DNA of 64,000 nt from Squalus acanthias (lineage: Eukaryota), in contig CM059432.1 in NCBI GenBank assembly GCA_030390025.1, forward strand, positions 1,364,001 through 1,428,000. Reading direction: 5' to 3'. Positions 60,346 through 64,000 of this stretch are shown in pieces. A model generated the notes under the pieces. The model saw only the letters and a list, made by a program, of their open reading frames with translations, was not told where the DNA came from and did no database searches. Position numbers and translations under genes: made by a program. Numbering within the stretch: the first letter of the stretch is position 1; each line of letters starts with the position of its first letter.

Positions 60346-63067
60346 CTAAAGGAAACAAGAAAGCAAAGAAAACAAGTCAATATTCGTTCTCAGCACAGGT
60401 TACTCATTCGGGTTAATTCACGAAGACTTGAAAAACCCACCACGAAAGCACTTAAAATCGCGCCGGCCATTCTGGGTAAACAGCAGCCAATATTCATGCG
60501 GCTGGTATCGACCCACTATCAAGAGGGACGGAATCGTGGGACGCATGCAACATAAAGAACCAACACCTCATCACTGACCCAACAGCAGAGGTTCCTGGCT
60601 TCAACCTCCATCGAAGACAGTGGACAGCGCTCAACCCAATCGCACAGGGCACGGACGGTGCGGCCCCTGCTCCACAAGTGGAAGATGAGAGACAACCCAA
60701 AGTGAGACTGTGGCCACGAGTCCCAGACCACGGAACACATCACATCAACCTGCCCACTGAGATCTGTGGCGGGAGGCACCTCATTTCTCCACTTGGCATT
60801 TCAGGAGGCCATCGAATGGAGAGCCAAACTAGACATCCCATTATAAGCTTTGCCCGTCATACAAAAGTATCCTGGTTAACATACTGGCTGAATTTGTAAT
60901 ATATGTGATTATTAATGGTTTATTAAATTTATTTATACGTAAATAGTAAATAATTGTTTGCATATACAGTATTTCAACACAAACAATGAATATATATTGA
61001 TCTAGTCCATTATTCAATATCTATTTGAATCAATCTACTACCAGTAAATGCTGGGTCACTTTGCTGCAAAAACTAAGTAGCAAGCAATAAATTACTCAGA
61101 GTACCAGGATCCTAGTGAACATGAGAGTATAGGGCGGTGGGCACGAAGAGGAGGAGGAGTGAGGTGAAATACCACAACTCTTATTAGGAACATAGGAATG
61201 GCTATACAAAAAAAGACCGCGGTCCATCTCGTTCATCTTCTACCATCCTGGTAGTCGCATGATATAACGATAATGGAGTTGTTGACTAATCACAGCAATC
61301 AATCTCAGGAGGTTGTAAAAGATCTCACGGCCACTATTTTGAAGAAGGGCAGGGGAGTTCTCTCCAGTGTCCTGGGGCCAATATTTATCCCTCAATCAAC
61401 ATCACTAAAAACAGATTATCCTGTCATTATCACATTGCTGCGTGTGGGAGCTTGCTGGGTGCAAATAGGCTGCCGCGTTTCCCACATTACAACAGTGACT
61501 ACACTTCAAAAAGTACTTCATTGGCTGTGAATCGCTTTGGGACGTCCCGAGGTTGTGAAAGACACTATATAAATGCAAGACTTTCTTTCTATCAATTAGT
61601 CTACAACAGACCCAGAAATTGTAATAGAAAAAACCCCAGTGCTGGAGAGCTTTGGGAATAGGTCCAAAGTCACCTTTTTCCTCCAGAGCACACTAATTAC
61701 TCATATACTGTATCTCAAAATGTTATTTTCTGAAAGAAATCTAATTTGCATTTAGATTAATTATTAGGCATGTGAAGTTCTGTTCTACAACATTTGTGTT
61801 AATAAGCCTAAATATATCTATATCAATACATATTAAATAAACATTGCGAGTTGGGACAAAAGATAAGCAATATGTTTATACGCAAACAGAGCGACAATTT
61901 TGATTTACGTTCTGCTGTACAATGCACGTGTGCTAACAAGTCTCTCCAGGACAGGAGGTGCAGGAGTGACCACCGCACAGACCTTGGAGACTGGACGATC
62001 TTCACAACAAGGACACATTCCATCGTGTCGTGTGGCACTACCACCGCGCGAAGTGGGATCAATTAGAAGATCGAGCAGCTCAAAACTGGCCATCCGCGAG
62101 GCAATGTGGGCCATCAGCAACAGCGGCATTGTATTAACAATCTGTAACCTCGTGGCACTCCTCCAGCACCATCGACCCATATGACGAATCCTGGTTTAAT
62201 CAAGAGTGTACCCTCGATTTTAAAATTCTCATCTGAGTTTTCGAAATCCCTCCATGGCCTCCCCCCTCCCTATCTCCGTAACCTCCTCCAGCCCTACAAC
62301 CCTCAGATCTCTGCGCTCTTCCAATTCTGGCCTCTTGCGCATCCCTGATTTTCATCGCTCCGCCATTGGTGGCCGTGCCTTCAGCTGCCTGGGCTCCAAG
62401 CTCTGGAATTCCCTCCCATAACCTCTCCGCCTCTCTTTCCTCCTTTAAGACGCTCCTTAAAACCGACCTCTTTGACTAAGCTTTTAGTCATCTGCCCTAA
62501 TATCTCTGTGTGGCTCGGTGTCAAATTTTGTTTGATAACGCTCCTCTGAAGCACCTTGGGACGTTTTACTATGTTAAAGGTGCTATATAAATGCAAGTTG
62601 TTGTTGTTGTGTGAAACAGCATGCTGGGAGCAGCTCGAGGCATGCCTGAAAATGAGATGCCAACCTGGTGAAGCTACAACACTGGGCTACATGCATGGTA
62701 ACAGTGAAAGCCGCGTACTATAGACAGAGCTAAGCGATCCCGTAACCAACGGATTAAGTCAACGCTCTGCTATCCTGCTGCATCCAGTTGTGGATGGTGG
62801 TCGGCAATGAAGCAACTATTGGGAGGAGGAGGCTCCTCGAACATCTTCAACCAGGAGGTAACAAGTGGATAATCCTTCTCATCTCCTGAGGTATAAGAAC
62901 ATAAGAAATAGGAGCAGGAGGCGGCCATTTGGCCCCTCGAGCTTGCTCCGCCATTCAATAAGATCATGGCTGATCTTCCACCTCAACTCCACTTTCCTAC
63001 ACTAACCCCATATCTCTCGATTCCCTTAATATCCAAAAATCTATCGATCTCTGTCTTGAATATACTC

Positions 63068-63177
63068 TGATTCACTCAGTGTAACTTTACCTGAAGAAGG
63101 GGCAGGATAGCTCCGAAAGCTTGTAATTTTAAATAAATCTGTTGGACTATAACCTGGTGTTGTGCGACTTCTCATTT
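63068..63177 (+). mobile_element. Penelope-like pLTR fragment inserted into a CR1, with a 12-bp TSD
   Basis: TTGAATATACTC at 63056-63067 and 63178-63189; its 3' part matches the element at 6751-6896. Confidence 0.7.
63087..63126 (+). ncRNA. Minimal type I hammerhead ribozyme motif within a Penelope-like insert
   Basis: TTAC-CTGAAGA-A-GGGGC-AGGATA-GCTCC-GAA-AGCT-T-GTAA: core boxes, 5-bp stem II, palindromic helix III and 4-bp stem I. Confidence 0.6.
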
Positions 63178-64000
63178 TTGAATATACTCAGTGACTGAGC
63201 ATCCACAGCCCTCTGGGGTAGAGAATTCCAAAGATTCACCACCATCTGAGTGAAGAAATTTCTCCCCATCTCAGTCCTAAATGGTCAACCCCTTATTCCC
63301 AGCCTGGGGAAACATCCTCCCTGCATCTACCCAGTCAAGCCCTGTAAGAATTTTGTATGTTTCAATGAGATCACCTCTCATTCTTCTAAACTCTAGAGAA
63401 TATAGGCCTAGTCTACTCAATCTCTCCTCATAGGACAATCCCCCCCATCCCAGCAACCAGTCTGGTGAACCTTCGTTGCACTCCCTCTGTGGCAAGTATA
63501 TCCTTCCTTAGGTAAGGAGACCAAAACTGTACACAATACTCCAGGTGTGGTCGCACCAGGGCCCTATATAATTGCAGTAAGACGTCTTTACTCTTGTACT
63601 CAAATCCTCTTGTAATAAAGGCCAACATACCATTTGCTTTCCTAATTGCTTGCTGTACCTGCATGTTAACTTTCAGTGATTCGTGTACAATGAGACCCAG
63701 GTCCCTCTAAACACCAACATTTCCCAATCTCTTACCATTCAAAAATACTCTGCTTTTCTATTTTCCTACCAAAGTGGATAACTTCACATTTCTCCACATT
63801 ATATTCCATTTGCCATGTTCTTGCCCACTCACTTAGCCTCCTTGCATTCTCCTCACAACTTACATTCCCACCCAGCTTTGAATCAGCAGCAAACTTGGAT
63901 ATATTACATTTGGTCCCCTCATCCAAATCATTGATGTAGATTGTGAATAGCTGAGGCCCAAGCACTGATCCTTGCGGTACCCCACTAGTTACAGCCTGCC

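Larger units (their letters stand above)
62893..64000 (-). mobile_element. CR1 RT and 3' end running off the window edge, interrupted by the Penelope-like insert
   Basis: ORFs 63732-63965, 63428-63664 and 63277-63495; 3' UTR at 62893. Confidence 0.9.

Overview
Vertebrate genomic DNA, very probably from a cartilaginous fish (shark or ray), judged from the HE1/V-SINE, SacSINE1-like DeuSINE and HER1-like CR1 repeat complement. The main gene is OSBPL1A (ORP1) on the minus strand. Eleven coding exons between 60345 and 13612 splice in frame through GT-AG junctions (1261 nt, about 419 aa) and give the oxysterol-binding domain with the EQVSHHPP fingerprint and the C-terminal ...DIY stop. The upstream exons lie beyond the right edge of the window. 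A second, convergent plus-strand gene is suggested by a 1 kb open exon (4686-5710) and a probable last exon with a coiled coil (8177-8580). By human synteny it could be a divergent CABYR, but the sequence alone does not prove this. Introns are packed with CR1 and L2 LINE fragments, three SINE families, Harbinger-like and hAT MITEs, and Penelope-like fragments. The most notable observations are a minimal hammerhead ribozyme motif in a Penelope-like insert with a 12-bp TSD (63087-63126), three local templated copy events (one a perfect 90-bp inverted copy), a roughly 2 kb G-quadruplex-prone array just upstream of an OSBPL1A exon, and a minisatellite that arose inside a DeuSINE. I found no evidence of a wholly new multi-gene system. 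Repeat boundaries are approximate; OSBPL1A exon boundaries were read base by base.
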